Shown: positions 42,888-57,699, counted from the stretch's first letter. The stretch is 64,000 bases of DNA from the human T2T-CHM13v2.0 reference genome, Homo sapiens (GCF_009914755.1 NC_060939.1), one strand, 5' to 3'. Numbers and translations are program-made. The notes: generated by a model from the letters alone, not told the origin.

Positions 42888-45499
42888 AATTTTGTAATGA
42901 GTAGGTTACCTTTGAATTACAAAAATCCTAAACAAGATGTGTTCTATTTCAATTCTCATCACATGGCATCTTTAGTTTGGAGACAATCAACATAGATAGG
43001 GTGTCTTTCACAATACTTTCTCTTGTCATTTACTATTTTAATTTTTCAAGTTCAGGGTTATGGAGAGCTCACAGGCAGCTCATGGATAAATTTATGATGT
43101 CATAATATCACATGAATTTTGGGGTTAAAGCTACATATGAACTAAAAGAACTTTAATAAACCATGAATACCTAAAACCTTTACACAAAGCACACAACACT
43201 AGATAAACAAATAAACAACTAAAGCCTGTTGGTACTTGGCAGCAGTTTAATTTCTATCACCGTATCTTTATTTCCATAGTGGAAAGACAAAGAGAATCAT
43301 CACAGAGTATCTCCTGGTTTAAGCCTTCCCCAGCTTTGTTTTCTCTGTGAATTCTTCTTTATTTTGCCTACCTTGGAACTATATTAATATTTATAAAAAT
43401 GTTTATTATCGTATGTATCCATTGAAATGATTTTTCTACTATTTTCCCTCAAAAACAAAGGCATTTTCTTTCATCTTCATATACCTCTATGCCTTGAACA
43501 ATGCAGAGCCTAGCACATAGTAGGCCCTCTATTAATGCTGGTTGAAATGAACTAGTGGGAACTCACATTGAATTTTTGCTGTATCACACGTATGCATGTG
43601 TAAAACATAGCCACTTTTATAGCCCATTTAAGCACATTTTCTAGAGAAGAAATATTGACCTTTTCATTATGAAACCACAAGAGCTTGTTAGTAGATGAAG
43701 GACACTTAAAATACAAAACACAATGTGAAGTGTGGCAATAAACAGACATCATTTTCTTAATGCATAGCTTAAGTGTAGAATTTTTGAGGTTAACACTGGA
43801 TTCCTTTTATTGCATATGGATCAAATGTCAATGGGCAGGAAATGTGCCAATATTTTTAAAAATGCAATTAAAACATAATTATGTTAAATTGCTACAGCAA
43901 GCTAATGCTAGATAAATGTGAAAGTTTCAGCCCAATATTAGCCTATCAAAGGATAGGGCCTAATGTGAGGGCAATCCTGAGGGCTGTGCTTTCAATTACA
44001 ATAGATTGTGGTGAAGGGCTGTTTCTCAATTAGCAAGATAAAAGTGTAACTCTTCTCAACAGGGATGTTTACTATAAAGCCATAGAAGAAACCCAAGGAA
44101 TGAATTGGACAGTTAATTCAGTTAATGCACACATGCTGAAAAGATGAGTAGCCATAAGGTAAGATGAAGTGTATAAAGATATCACCTCCTAAATGGGTTT
44201 TGAGGTTTCCAGTAGGTAATACAGTAGATAATATGTCCTCTACAATTTAAGCCAGCAGCATAACTGATCATCCTATTCAAAAGGCAACCATGTTATCCAA
44301 TTGTTATCATTCAAGGGGAGACTAGAGAGGAAAAGATCCTTCTGGGTACAGCTTCTATATGAAACATAGTTTGTGTGAGACATACTCATTCACTTAAGGC
44401 TAGTATTCAAATCACCATCCTTAATTATAATTGTTGGCTGCAATGAATAATCTGTGGATGGTTTTGAGTTGCTGCCAAAGATAATATATCTCCGGGAGTA
44501 GAGGGGGAGGAAAAATAAGCTTTATGGGAAGAGAAACTCTTTTCCCATAAATGATGAATCAATCCATTATATTTGTGATAATCAATGCCCTGGATCCTCT
44601 TCATGTCAAGGTTGGGGGAGGGAAAACCTTAGTGAAGTAGCCAATCATTATTAATTCATTCACTGCACTATTATTAATCATGAGGACCAATGTGACATTA
44701 ATGTGACTATAATGTAGGCTTCAATAAGAATTTCACTCTAGAATAGAAACATGGTATAGATTTTGTTTTCTATCTTAGTTACCCAACAAGTGCTTATTAA
44801 AGATTTTAAGGGAAGAAGGGAACATTTTACATGCTTTACACGTGGGTATGGAACCAAAGGGAATTATATTGAGGGCTTACTTGTAAATTTCCTGTTTGGC
44901 CCAAGGGTTGTCTGAGAGACAGTCAGCACTTCTGATGGCAAAGTGTTCTTCCAGGAAATACGTATCCCTGAGGCTGCTGGGACAGGGGTGGCAGCAGAGG
45001 CAGAGGTTTCTGGGAAGGGAATCTCTAATGGTGTCTGTCATTTCTTAAAAGAAATTTGAGGGAGATAGACGAACAAGTCAATCCATAAAGCCTGACTACT
45101 GATCTTGAATTTGAGAATTTTTCTGAAATGGCCTTAATCTAATCTTTTCAAATGTAATGAGGACTCACTTCTGAAGGCTTTGAGGCAAAAGCCATCTCAA
45201 TTCAACAGATCCAGTGCTTCAACTATCAAGGGAAAAGTGCTCAGTGTCCATTCCTGCTGCTGTGGCCCTAGTTCAGGACACCATCTTGCTGCAACAACCC
45301 AACAGCTGGGTAATCTGGCAAGTGCTTGAGGCTACAGAAGCCAACAAGTTCCTCATGATTTTCCCTTCATGTATACTGTCAACTCAACTCTTGCTGTTCA
45401 TGTCAAACCAAGCAGCTCAGAATTCAGAATTCCTCTTGAGAACCACTGTGTTTCCCATTTCCCTGCCTTGTTTATGTCAACTTCTCTGCTAGCATCTCC

Positions 45500-47530
45500 T
45501 TCCTCTGCACCCTTAGACCAGCTTTCCTCTTGTGCTTTAAAGTTTAAGTCAAGCATCACTTCTTTCAGGAAGCCCTTCCTATCATTCATTTCTGTACGCT
45601 CTGAAGTTTCTGGACACATATCTATTGAAATGGTTCCCACACAGTTCAAATGACCATTTTGTCTTTCTCCCACCAAACCATGAATTTCTCAGCACTTAAT
45701 AATATTTCTATTTCATCTTTGTATCCTCAGCACTTAGTTGAATACCAGCCACATATTAGAGAATGAAAAAATGTTAAATATATAAAAAACCGAACACATG
45801 AACAAATATCCTAGCAGCATATTTGAATGTAGGCCTTATTTTAAATTCTCTTTGGTTTTAGTAAGCTTATCAGTAGTGCCTACTTAATTTTTCTTAGTAT
45901 ACTTATATAATTTCTTGGCTGTTTTACAATGTATTCATCCTTTTTTTTCCTTGTTAATCACCAATGTTGTCATTTTATGATTCAGTCAATTCTCTGCTGC
46001 CCAGTCTAAGGATATACTACCATTAATTTTATCTTTCCCAAAAAAGTATTTCTTCTGTTGATTATGTTTGCATATATTTGAAAGAAAAACTCTGCTGTTG
46101 TAGCTTACTGTCATAATCCATGATTTCTCCATCTCTAAAACTGAAAAGCTAATAATAATTAGGTCTACATCTTGGGATTTGAAATGACATGATAGGTAGA
46201 AGATGTTTTCATAAAGCTGTGCTAATAAATGTCAGGCCTCTTCATTTTTTATGTCTCATACAGATTTTGATATACCTTGGAGTGAAGATAGGGATAAAAT
46301 ACGTTTCTCCTCTGGGTCAGAGCTCTTCTAATTTCCAAGTATATATGCATCTGACTTACCACAACTTATTTTTCATGGATCTTCTTCAAGCTCCTCAAAT
46401 TTGATATGTCTAAACAAAACTGGAAATCTTCAAACATATTTCTCCCTTTCCCTTTGTAAGTCAATCATACTAGCACTCTCAGTGGCTAAAGGCTAGAAAC
46501 CATGTGGTCATCAGTGATGGCTTCCTTTCAGTCCCTTATTTGGTCAGTCACCTAGTGCCGTCACTTCTACCTCCAAATACCTCTTCAGCATTCCCCTTCT
46601 TTCGCACCTCTAGGGCCTCTCTCGTAGGCCCTTATCATCTTGTGTTCAGCTTGTGCGGAAGCTCCAACTGGCCTCCTGCCTTCCAGGCTCTCCTCCCTCC
46701 AGTATGTCCTGTCCTCCCTGTTCTAAAACAAGTATTTAATCATATAAACCCCCTGCTCAACAGCCTTAAATGATACTTTATTCTTTATAGGACTAAGTTT
46801 GTAGTTCTTAGGCTGGAACATAAGGCCTTTTCTAATCTGTCCCCTAAAGACACTTCCATCTTCATTTCCTGTGTTGGAAACATGTTCTCTTTCCTCTGGT
46901 CACACACAAGGTTAGAACAGAGTACATTTATACTGATGATGGCCTGGGAAGGTAGGGAAAAATACCTGTAAAAGGCCAATGGTTAGGCTGGGATTTTATG
47001 TATGTCATCTCCTTTCACCCTCACAAGAACTCCATGAGGAGGTTGTAAGTACCCCTGTTTCAAAAAGAGAATAACAAAAACAGTAAAGCTTGGTCCAAAG
47101 GTGTTCCATGCCTAATGGTAGAATAGGCATTCAAACTGAGATCTATCTGCTTCAAAGATCTTATGGTGTTTCTCAAAAGTGCTGTTTATTCACACTATGT
47201 GCTCTTTCAAGGGGAGTTTTTTTCTTTCTGAAACACTCTTGTCTCCTCTAATCTATTCCACCTGGTAATTTTTTCTGCTTGGTTTTTGTTGCCCAAATTT
47301 GATACAATTTCTTCTATGAAATTTGTTCTATCTCCTTTTCTGTCTTAATGCTTCACACATTAGCCTCTATTGCTTATTGCATCTAATTGCAATCATAATT
47401 ACCAAACTGTGAAGCCTTCAAATGGCAAAGAGAGTATTTTACACATATTTGTAATCCCAGCACTTTATATAATTTCTGGCACATAATAGGAGTTTTAAAC
47501 ATACTTGTTAAGAGATTGAATTAATGTATT
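45500..47530. mobile_element. Cluster of L2 and MIR fragments
   Basis: L2 motifs CATCTTTGTATCCTCAGCACTTAG, GGCTAGAAACC...TCAGTGATGGCTTCC, TTTGTAATCCCAGCAC...GGCACATAATAGG. MIR-like pieces at ~46090-46230 and ~46990-47160. Confidence 0.6.
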
Positions 47531-47854
47531 TCTAGAATGAGGGTATTAGGTATATACTTTCTTAGAAAATTCAGGTGTAAAATACACGTTTTACTCATCA
47601 TCATTTTAAATCAAATTTTTAAGCAAATTACTCCAAATTTCCATCCTACTGAGCTGATGGTAAATTTAATGTTGGGAGATCTCAAATCTGGGAAACTTAT
47701 GTGATGCTCAAAAAATGGCAACCAGGGTAAGGGCCTGGGTTTTAACTCCACTATGTTCACCCTATACTTTTCTATTATCCAACCTACATGCCCTCATGGT
47801 CAGATGGTTCTACGGTTTGTGTCAACGTGATCTTTGCTGAGGCAGAGAGACTAA

Positions 47855-48181
<327 letters not shown>

Positions 48182-49208
48182 AATATCCTCACTCCTTGCT
48201 GGTCCAGACCTTATTAGCTAAGTCTGGACAAAAAAAAGTAGCACAAGAATTGCTTCAAATTAGAAAGTATTTTAAATGGAATAAAAATGAAAGCATGATT
48301 TTATCAAAATTTGTAGGTGTCATTTAAGCAGCATTGGGAAGGGGAATGTATAGCACTAAATGCCTACGTTCTAAAAGAAGAAAGAGCTCAAGTCAATGAC
48401 TACATATACTATAAGAAAACAGGGAAAAAGAAAGAAAATTAAGCTGAAGTAAGAAGAAAAAAGAAATCATAAAGGCTAAATAAGAAGTCAAATAGAAAAT
48501 AACAATAGAGAAAATTAATAAAACCAAAATCTCTAACTGTAGGATCAATAAAATTGATAAACCTTGAGTTAGACACATCAAGAACAAAAAAGAGAAGAAA
48601 AAATTACCAGTATCAAGTGTGAGAGAGGTGTCTTCATTACAGATTTGACAGATATTAAAAGGATAAAAAGATATCATGAACAATTCTATGCCAAAAATTT
48701 GACAACTTAAAGGAAATAGACAAATTTTTTGAGAAACACAAATGATCAAAGCTCATACAAGAAAAAATAGATAACCTGAATAGCTATATACCTGTAAAGA
48801 AATTATATTTTCTCTTAAAGAGAACCCTTCCCTCAAGAAAACACTGTGTCCAAATGGCTTCACTGGTGAATTCTACCAAGTATTTAAGAAAGAGAAAATA
48901 CCATTTTTATACAAACTCTTCCAGAAAATTGAAGGACATTGAATACTTTTCAACTTATTCCATGACTCCAGCACTGCCCTAATATCAAAACCAGAAAAAG
49001 ACATTATACGAAAAAAACTCCAGATACCAATATTTCACATTTATAGAACATGTTTAGAATCACATAGATTTAAACTATACATACATATTAAAATGTTCTG
49101 TACACTCTTTTAATAACTTGAATCCAACAGTATATAAAGAAGATAATTCAAAATATCTAGTATGACTTAGTTCAGGAATGTAGGAGTAGTTTAACAATAA
49201 AAAATCAA

Positions 49209-49490
49209 GACTGAGTGCAGTGGTTCACACCTAAAATCCCAGCACTTTAGGAGGCCAAAGCAGGAGGATGGCTTCAGCCGAGGAGTTCAAGATTGGCCTT
49301 GGCAATGTAGCAAGACCCCACCTCTACAAAATAATAATAATCATAACAATAAAAACTAGTTGAGTGGGGTAGCACATGCCTGTCGTCCCAGCTACTCAAG
49401 AGGCTGAGGTGGGAAGATCACTTGAGCCCAGGAGGTTCAGGCCTGGGTGACAGAGCAAGATCTTGTCTCAAAAAACAAAACAAAATTTAA
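49209..49490 (+). mobile_element. AluJ with an internal deletion in the right arm
   Basis: J diagnostics present. GGAGGTTCAG|GCCTGGGTGACAGAGC lacks the GCAGTGAG...CACTCCA segment. Flanked by AAAAATCA repeats. Confidence 0.88.
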
Positions 49491-49525
49491 AAAATCAGTA
49501 TAATTCACCATATTAGCAAATTGAC

Positions 49526-49842
49526 TGTCTTAGTCCATTTGCGATGCTATAACAAAACACCATAAACTAGAAATTGATTTCTCACAGTTCTGAAGGCTGT
49601 AAAGTTCCAGATCAGGGTGACAGCAGCTTTGGCCACATGAGGGCCTACTCATAAATAGCCCCTCTTGCTGTGTCTTCACATGTTGGAAATAACTAGCTAG
49701 CTTTCTGGGGGTCTATTTTATAAGGATATAAATTCCATTTGTAATAACCTCCCACAGAGCCCACTTCCTAGTACTATCATCTTGGGGATTAGGATTTTTA
49801 ACATACAAGTTTTGTGGGGGAAATGAACATTCAGAGCATAAC
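49526..49842 (-). mobile_element. MLT1A/B-like MaLR LTR
   Basis: TGTCTTAGTCCATTTGCGATGCTATAACAAAACACCATAAACT...AACATTCAGAGCATAACA. Confidence 0.8.
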
Positions 49843-52359
49843 ACAGACTAAAAATTAAAAACAAGATGGTAACCTCATTAGACAGAAAAAGCATTTGATA
49901 AAATCTAACACTCATTCATAAATAATAAAAAAAAAACTCTCATCAAACTAGGAGGAGAAAGGATCTTTCTCAAACTGATAAAGGACATCTACAAAAACCT
50001 ACAGCTAATGTCATACTTAATGGTGAGAAGCTACATGCTTTCCTCCCAAGTTCAAGAACAAGACAGGGATGTCCCTACCACTTCTATTAAACATTAGGCA
50101 AGAAAAAGAAATAAAAAGCATCAAGAGTGGAAAGCTAGATGTAAAATTGTCTCTATTCACAGATGACATGACTATGTAGACAATCCAATGAAATCTATTA
50201 AAAAGCTATAACTAAAAATGGATTTAGTGAAGTTACTATTTACAAGATTAATATGCAAAAATCACATGTATTCCACATCTTTGCAACTAAAATTGAATGT
50301 TTGAATTTTTAAAATACCATAATTCAAAAATATTGATGTTATTTACAGTAACATTGAGAATATGAAATATTTCTGAATTTTCGGAATAACTGACAAAAGA
50401 CATGTATGACTTGTAGTTTGAAAATTACAAAACACTGCAGAGACAAATTAAAGATGACCTAAATAATTAGAGAAATATACCTTATTCAAGGATAGGAAGA
50501 TTCAGCAACATTGAGGTGTCAGTTATCCCCAAATTGATCCATAGATTTTTGGAGGATGATTATATTCACTATTTTTACCAGGGTGCTTATTTTATAAGTA
50601 TGCACATATGTCAAAATTTATCAAATTGTATACTTCAAATATGTGAGTTTTTTTGTATGTTAATTTTACTTTAATAAAGCTGTTTAAAAAACAAACAAAC
50701 AAACAAAACCCCCTTGATAGCTCTTCATAGCTTTCATGTGATAAAGTTGCATGTTTTTAATGGAAAAGCATGGGCTTTAAGATTTTCCTATCCACTTAAT
50801 TACTTCAGGAAAATCACTTCACCTCTGTTAAGTGTGGATTCCTCCATCGAACAGGGACAATAAAGTTTGGCCAAAACAGTTGTTGTTAGAAACAATAAAA
50901 CATTTTATTTAAAGTGGCTAGGATAGTGCCTGTCACCTTGTGTATGAAATGCCTTAAACTGGAGGTAAGCAATTATTAGCTGTTGCCTTAGAGATTATTC
51001 ACTACCTAAAAGGAAGAGAGTAGCACATAAAAGAACTATTTCCCTTAGTTCACATTTTGCTTAGGGCTTATCCTGACTTGATGTCACAAAATAATTTATA
51101 GAACCTTATGTCATACAATTTAAAATCTTACAGATGCTCACAATGGACATTATGATTTCTTACCATTGCCTGAATTTTGCTACATTTTTGTTTGCAAAAC
51201 TTCATTTATACAATCACAGCCTTACTATATTGAGAGGTAACTCTGTTTCCATTGACTTTTTAAAAATTAATGAATTTCAACCTAAAGCAAATATTGATAA
51301 ACCATATATGCCATTTGAAATGTACAGTTTTCTTTCCTCAAAGCAAATGCAGCAAAAACTTACATTTATCTATGAACTTTAGTAGTGAGTGTTACTAGCT
51401 TTATGACCATGGCCAAGTCAATAACATTCGTAGATACAAGTTTTTTAGTTTTTATACTGTAAGGTCTGGATCACATGACTTCCAAGATCACTGTCTGCTT
51501 CAAAATTGTATTGCTGAAATAGTATATAATTATTTGAATTTTTTGAGTGCTATCAAGTAAACAATCTTTGATATTTCAAAGCATGTTGTTGAATATTTAA
51601 AATAATTATATAACTATTGTTAGCATGTATGTATGTCTTAACATAACACCATGATTGTACATGTATAGAGATTTTTATTGGATAATTTGTATCAGCAGAG
51701 AATTCAGAGTTTTCAAATTTGTAGAAAGAACTGATTAGAACTAATTGTATAACATTTAAAGAATACCATCACTCTAAAATAAATGTCAGTGAAAGGGGCA
51801 TGAGTTGGATCATTAATTATTACCTTAAAGTTTTTATTTTATCAGTGTGCACAAAGATTTCATTTTTCTGATTTGGTATACATGGAATATTTACTTAGAA
51901 TACTCAGTTTCATTCTATTTTAGAAGGTGATAGGATAAAAATGTACTCATGTTGTACCTGGACTTCTCAGTAGGCCATATTTTATTTTGGGTTACAAAAC
52001 AGAAAAATGAAAGAGAATATAGGCAAGTAGGATTTATTCGTATAAGTGTTTGTGCACATGTACACATGTGGGTGCTATTGCTAAGTCTTAAAAAATTATA
52101 ATAAATGGTAGGCAGTTTTGTTGTTTATTTGCCTCAGTATTAAAACTGTATCTTTAAACAAAAAAAAGTACTATTCTTTGTCTACTTGCCTAATTCATGT
52201 TTGTATACATGTTTGTAAATCCATACAAATATGCTCTGATGAATACAATATTGTAGAATTCACAGTAGAAAATTTAAACTTAATTGTGTCTTTAATTTCT
52301 TAAGAATCAGATGAGGGATAATGAACTCGTGTATTAGTAAATAAAAACACTCATGTACA

Positions 52360-52452
52360 TTTATATATGCACATTTGTGTGTAAATGTATGTGTGTGTAT
52401 ACATATATACAGAGAGAAAGAGAATGGGAGAGAGGGAGAGAGAGAGAGAGGT
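52360..52452. repeat. TA/TG and (GA)n simple repeats
   Basis: ATGTATGTGTGTGTATACATATATACAGAGAG...GAGAGAGAGAGAG. Confidence 0.8.
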
Positions 52453-53894
52453 ACATACAGATGTATTCATAAGAATTTAAGAATATGTTAAAAGAAACTG
52501 ATCAAAATCACAATAGAAGTTGAAGACAGCACTCACAAAATCTGCAAACTTCTACATGATACCCAGAATAACTTTTTTTAGAAAGGGAAAAATAATTATA
52601 AAATATATTGTGTTAATAAATCAGAAAAGGCGCTTGAAATAACCTCATAAAATGTTATAGCTTAAATAATGCCCTTCATCAGTATTCTTTGTTTAACATT
52701 TTATGTTTATTGATAAATGAAGATGCATTTAAATAATTCAAAGAAAACATTAGCTGCAGGCAAGGAATTAATAATTGATAGGACTGGAAGGACTCTTTTC
52801 ACTTGGGAAATAGATAATATTAGCTTCATGTGGGGCTGTAGGAACAGAGGAAATGTAATGGATCTGCTTGCTTTAAACTGATGATGATTATTGTGGTCTA
52901 AAAGTTGCTAAAAAGGCAAAAGTGGGACAGCTCCGCAAGTGCCATAGATTTCACTCACAGGAGCTGACAGTGCACATTGTGGTCTGATGTGCCAGATTTA
53001 TACATGGAGGAGACCTAGTGATTATGACATAGACTAAAGAGATGAAAAATAATAATAGATGCAATTTAACTATAATTGGAAAATGATAAGAAAAACCCTT
53101 TGAACATACCAAGAGGATAAAAATAAAGAGATTTTACTTTTCTCCTTCCTTGTACTTGAGGACAGAGGCCAGTGAGAACATGGCTACCTTGCTTTTGACA
53201 AGAAACACCCCTCATGAGGTTATGGCTATATTCTCACTGCAGTTTAGTCAGCAGCTTCAGCTGCATGTGTGACAAAGCCAACACCTTCAGGGAGTCATGA
53301 GGGACGAACACCTCCAGATAGAAGAGACACACACGTTGGCTATTTTGATCTCACCTGTATTTGTCCTTCTCCAAATATTACAGAAAATTAAGTTATGCAC
53401 ATCTGGAAGTTCCAGAGGTCATTAATTTTGTCCTGCTTTCTCAGTCTCCTTCTCCTGTCCCTTCACTCCCCAGGCAAGAGCGTTATTCTTGAGAGTGCCC
53501 AGGGAAGATTCAAACTGCTCCCTGGTAAATGCATCTTTGCCATTGGGAAGGGCTCTATAATTTCTAATCTGGCATAATTTAAATATATGTCTTTAATAGT
53601 TATATTTAATTCATCCTGGTCAAAACGAACCTCTAAATACTCATAGCCATTTCATAAATCATCTCTCAAATTTGTCACTTTTGCCTTAGAAACATTAATT
53701 TTCAAAACTCTAGAAGTGGATTAGTTTTAGAAAAATTACCTCTTTATGAAAATTTCAGCCATTTGCAAAGTCTACAGATTCTATATCCTACCCTTCTGGG
53801 CTGACATGAAATCTTAAATTCTTGTATACATTCCACTCAAAGGAAACAATAATGTATCTCACCATTTCTGTTCTAAACTGTGTTCTTAAATGTT

Positions 53895-54700
53895 ATTAAT
53901 TTTTTATTGTGGCAAAATAATATAAAACTTACCATCTTCATCATTTTAAGTGTACTGTTCATAATGTTGTACAACCATCACCATCTATCTCCATAACTCT
54001 TTTCACCTCATAAAACTAAAACTCTCTACCCATTATACAGTAACTCCCCACTACGCTCACCCCCCAGCCCCTGGCAACCACCATTCGGCTCTCTGTCTCT
54101 ATGATTTTGACTACTCTAAGTACCTTATATAAGTGGAGTCATATAATATTTGTCTTTTCATGTCTGGCTTATTTCACTAAGCATAATGTCGTAAAGACTT
54201 ATCCATGTTGTAGCATGTGTCTGCATTTCCTACTTTCTTAAGGTCGAATAATATTCCACTGTATGTCTATAACATATTGTATCACTCTGTTCTCATACTG
54301 CTAATAAAGACATACCCAAGACTGGGTAATTTATAAAGAAAAGGGGTTTAATTGGCTCACAGTTCCACAGGGCTGGGGAGGCCTCAGGAAATTTGCAATA
54401 ATGGCAGAAGGAGAAGCAAACACGTCCTTTTTCACATGGCGGCAGGAAGGAGAAGAATGAGCAAAAGGGGGAAAACCCCTTATAAAACCATCAGATCTTG
54501 TGGGAACTCACTATCATGAGAACAGCATGAGGGTCACAACCCGCATGATTAAATTACCTTCCACTGGGTCCTTCCCACATGTGGGGATTATGGAAACTAC
54601 AATTTAACATGAGATTTGGGTGGGGACACAGCCAAACCATATCACATATTGTGTGTATCCATTCACTCACCGGTGGCTATTTGGGTCATCGTTTCTTTTG
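53895..54700 (-). mobile_element. L1MB-like 3' end, interrupted by THE1
   Basis: CCCCCAGCCCCTGGCAACCACCATTC...TTTTGACTACTCTAAGTACCTTATATAAGTGGAGTCAT...CTGGCTTATTTCACT. Confidence 0.85.
54278..54644 (-). mobile_element. THE1C-like solo LTR
   Basis: TGTATCACTCTGTTCTCATACTGCTAATAAAGACATACCC...GGGGACACAGCCAAACCATATCA. Perfect 5-bp TSD CATAT at 54273-54277 and 54645-54649. Confidence 0.93.
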
Positions 54701-54979
54701 GTTAAATATTACAGGTCAAGTCCTTCTGCTCTCACCCCAGCTCTTCACACAAAACTCAGAAGAGCACATACAACAAGAGAGAAAAATAAAAAAGAATCTC
54801 TATTTCTCCCAAGTTTCTGTTTCCTGATTTGAAGAAACAAGAACTAAAATGGAGTCAGGATATCAAAGGCCTCCTGAGATGCAGGCAGGGAAAATAAACA
54901 GGTGTGGTGCGCTAGGTGAAGGGGGAAACCAAAGTGAAGAAAATGTGACCAACTCTGGTACTTATGAGCTCTAGATCAT

Positions 54980-55200
54980 TGCAGCCATGCAAAAATGTGA
55001 ATTAGGCATTGCCATAGATTCAATTTTCAAGAGAAACCAGAAATATGGTTCTTATTTTGTGTGTGGCATTTCACAAGCTTTAAATGTCAGACCAAATTCA
55101 AAGAAACAAGTTTTGCTCGAATTAATCCATGTTGTGCAGTCCAAATAAATGTGTCTGTATGACCATAGGCCAGGGGAGTGACTCTATCCAGAAACCCTGA
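54980..55200. mobile_element. MER102-like hAT-Charlie fragment
   Basis: TTTTCAAGAGAAACCAGAAAT...TTAAATGT...CCAAATAAATGTGTCTG resembles MER102; diverged. Confidence 0.45.
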
Positions 55201-56160
55201 GTGCATCCTGAGCTCCCCGCTTGCCCTCCCCACAAATGCATGAACTGACTTCCACTATGAAGTCTCTCATTCACCTAATATCATTTTGATCATTCCTTTT
55301 ACTTTGGAAGTCACTCTTCACATAGTCACTAGTATTTTGCTATTTAGAGCTTAATGAAATTTTGCGTTTTTAAAGTATTCTTAAAATTAACTTTTTAACT
55401 GATCAAGAAAAACGTGGATTATTGTAAAAACTATAGAAATTGCCCATAATTTCACCACCTCAAAGCAATTAGTGTTACTAGTTTAATGTATTGCATTCTC
55501 TTCTATTTTCCTATCCATGTAAATTTTATGTTGGATAGTAACTAAAATCATAGTGTATATTTAATTTTGTTGAGATGCTATTTTTAATTTGTTATGAGTT
55601 CTCTTGTGCAGACTTAAAGCAGTTTTAGAGAGAGGAGTTACTCTTTACATAGCTTTTAAAAATGTTTTTCTCCTAAATTCTGGACCTGATATCTTACTAA
55701 TTGTCTTTATTGAGGGCAAAGATTGTGTGCTAGTTAACAAAGAGGCAAGTTAAAATTAGTTTAGGTCACGGATGGTATGTTAAGGTCAACCAACTTACAG
55801 ATGTACAGGAAAATTTCAAGGCCAACTAGTAGATTGCTAGTAATCAGCTACTAACCTCTACTCTGAGTTTTCCAATTTCTTGACAAGATGTTTTTTAATT
55901 CATTCATTTATTCATCCACTTATTTCTTCATTTATTTAACTGTATTTTTAATCTTGCTGTTGGTGTTCTGGGCTTTGTGCCACATGCTGGCAATACACAG
56001 ACAAATGTAACACAAACTCAACCTCCTACCAACTTTTCCTCATAGCAGAAGAGTTAAGTAAATGTATAACTAAATCCCGCAAAAGCACTAGGACGTACTA
56101 GAGAGGCTTAAAGATCTGAGTTCCAAAACATGAATAGATAAATAATGCCTAAGTGGCATT

Positions 56161-56225
56161 ATATACATATATATATATAACGTATATGTGTATATATGAT
56201 ATATATATATAGTATGTATGTATAC
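56161..56225. repeat. Imperfect (TA)n tract bracketed by direct and inverted repeats
   Basis: ATATACATATATATATATAACGTATATGTGTATATATGATATATATATATAGTATGTATGTATAC. Confidence 0.85.
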
Positions 56226-57699
56226 GTAATGTCCACTTATGATGCCTAAGTGGACCACAGCAGATTAATACAACTTCCTCATGACTTCCACTTCTTTCAT
56301 TGTCCACTTGGGACATTTGGATGGTTTGTGTGTAACTTATTCTTCCACATGTTATTTTAAGTATATTTATAGCTTATTTTTCACTCTTAATTTCTTGCTT
56401 TTTCTCACCTGGGATGATTTTCATTATTTTTTCCTTTGATATATCTTTTCCACTTTGTAAATGCAATTCAATAATCCTCTTTTCTAGCTATTTGTCTTGA
56501 AATCTACCACTTACCTCTTGATTACACATTCATTATATCAAGCATTAAAAAGCAGTTACATGTGCCAGTTTATATGACTATGTAAAACTTGTAAAATATC
56601 CATAGTGCTCAAAGAAGTGGCATTTTAGGTGAGATGCTGAATAATACTAAGTATGAGGTTGACTCCTTTAGACTCTTAGAATTTCTTTTTTTTTTTTGAA
56701 ATTTTATGTAGAGGTTTATTTGGACAGACAGTTCTTAATACTAAAATAAGATTAAGTTTAAAAATACTTTGAAATTTTATTATAAAAATAATATAATCCT
56801 ATCAAAGAAAAGTTAAAAAGAGAAAATAAAAAGCTAACTCTCTAGTTGTACTTTGTCACCAGTTGCTCCAGGCAGATAAAATGAGGCCTGAGGAACAGTG
56901 GGATGGGCAGAAAATGCTGCTGGGATGGACAGACTCTGTGGCCTGGCACTGATTAAGCTCTTGATTCTAAATATGTTCCTGTGCTTCCGATGTGGGGAAC
57001 ATCCAAGAGGAAACTATTCCGTAGAGAAAGAAGATCCACTTTTGATGGCCATCATCATCTGGAGAAGGGAGGGCAATTTGGGTCACTGGTGTAAGGGTGT
57101 GTGTTAAAAGTTCAGGTACTGGGTCCCATTCTAGAAGATCCCAATGCCCACTTGTCATAGTAAAGCTTCTAGGGTCTAGTAATACAGCAGTCTTAAAACA
57201 TCACGCTTAAATGAACTGTTCCCAGACTTATTTAGTAATGGATTTAAGAGAATGTATAATACCCAGTAGCATCCCAAGCACTTGGATTCTATGGAACATA
57301 CTTTGGGAAATGCTTCAATAAAGCAGTAAGAAGAAAATTCATTCTTTTGAGAAAAAATGTTTGGGGATATTAAGTCAGAGGCTTGGGTTTTTTTTAAAAA
57401 AAGATGGTTTTTCAGATGCTGATTTAGGGACCAAGAATAGGACTAAGGAATGCCCCTGCTAGCAAAGCATGATGATGAGGCGAGGCCATGATAGCCCCCT
57501 CCTTGGGTGTAGGTCTGCATGCCTGTGTGGCCATGCTTGAATACTTTGTATCTACATGCACGAATACTCTGCATCAACATCCATGTCCTCTCATCACTAA
57601 GGATGTCAGTTTTGTGAGGACTGGTCTGCAGCATGTGTGGACAATTATTTTTTGGCATTCGTTTCCCTTTCTTGCTTATTAGTGCACTTATTTTCTTTT

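Larger units (their letters stand above)
48240..50700 (+). mobile_element. Old L1M ORF2 fragment jumping to a 3'UTR piece at ~50530
   Basis: CTTCACTGGTGAATTCTACCAA, TATTCACAGATGACATGA (FTDDM), CCCCAAATTGATCCATAGATT. 3' end GTCAAAATTTATCAAATTGTATACTT...AATAAAGCTG. Confidence 0.85.
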
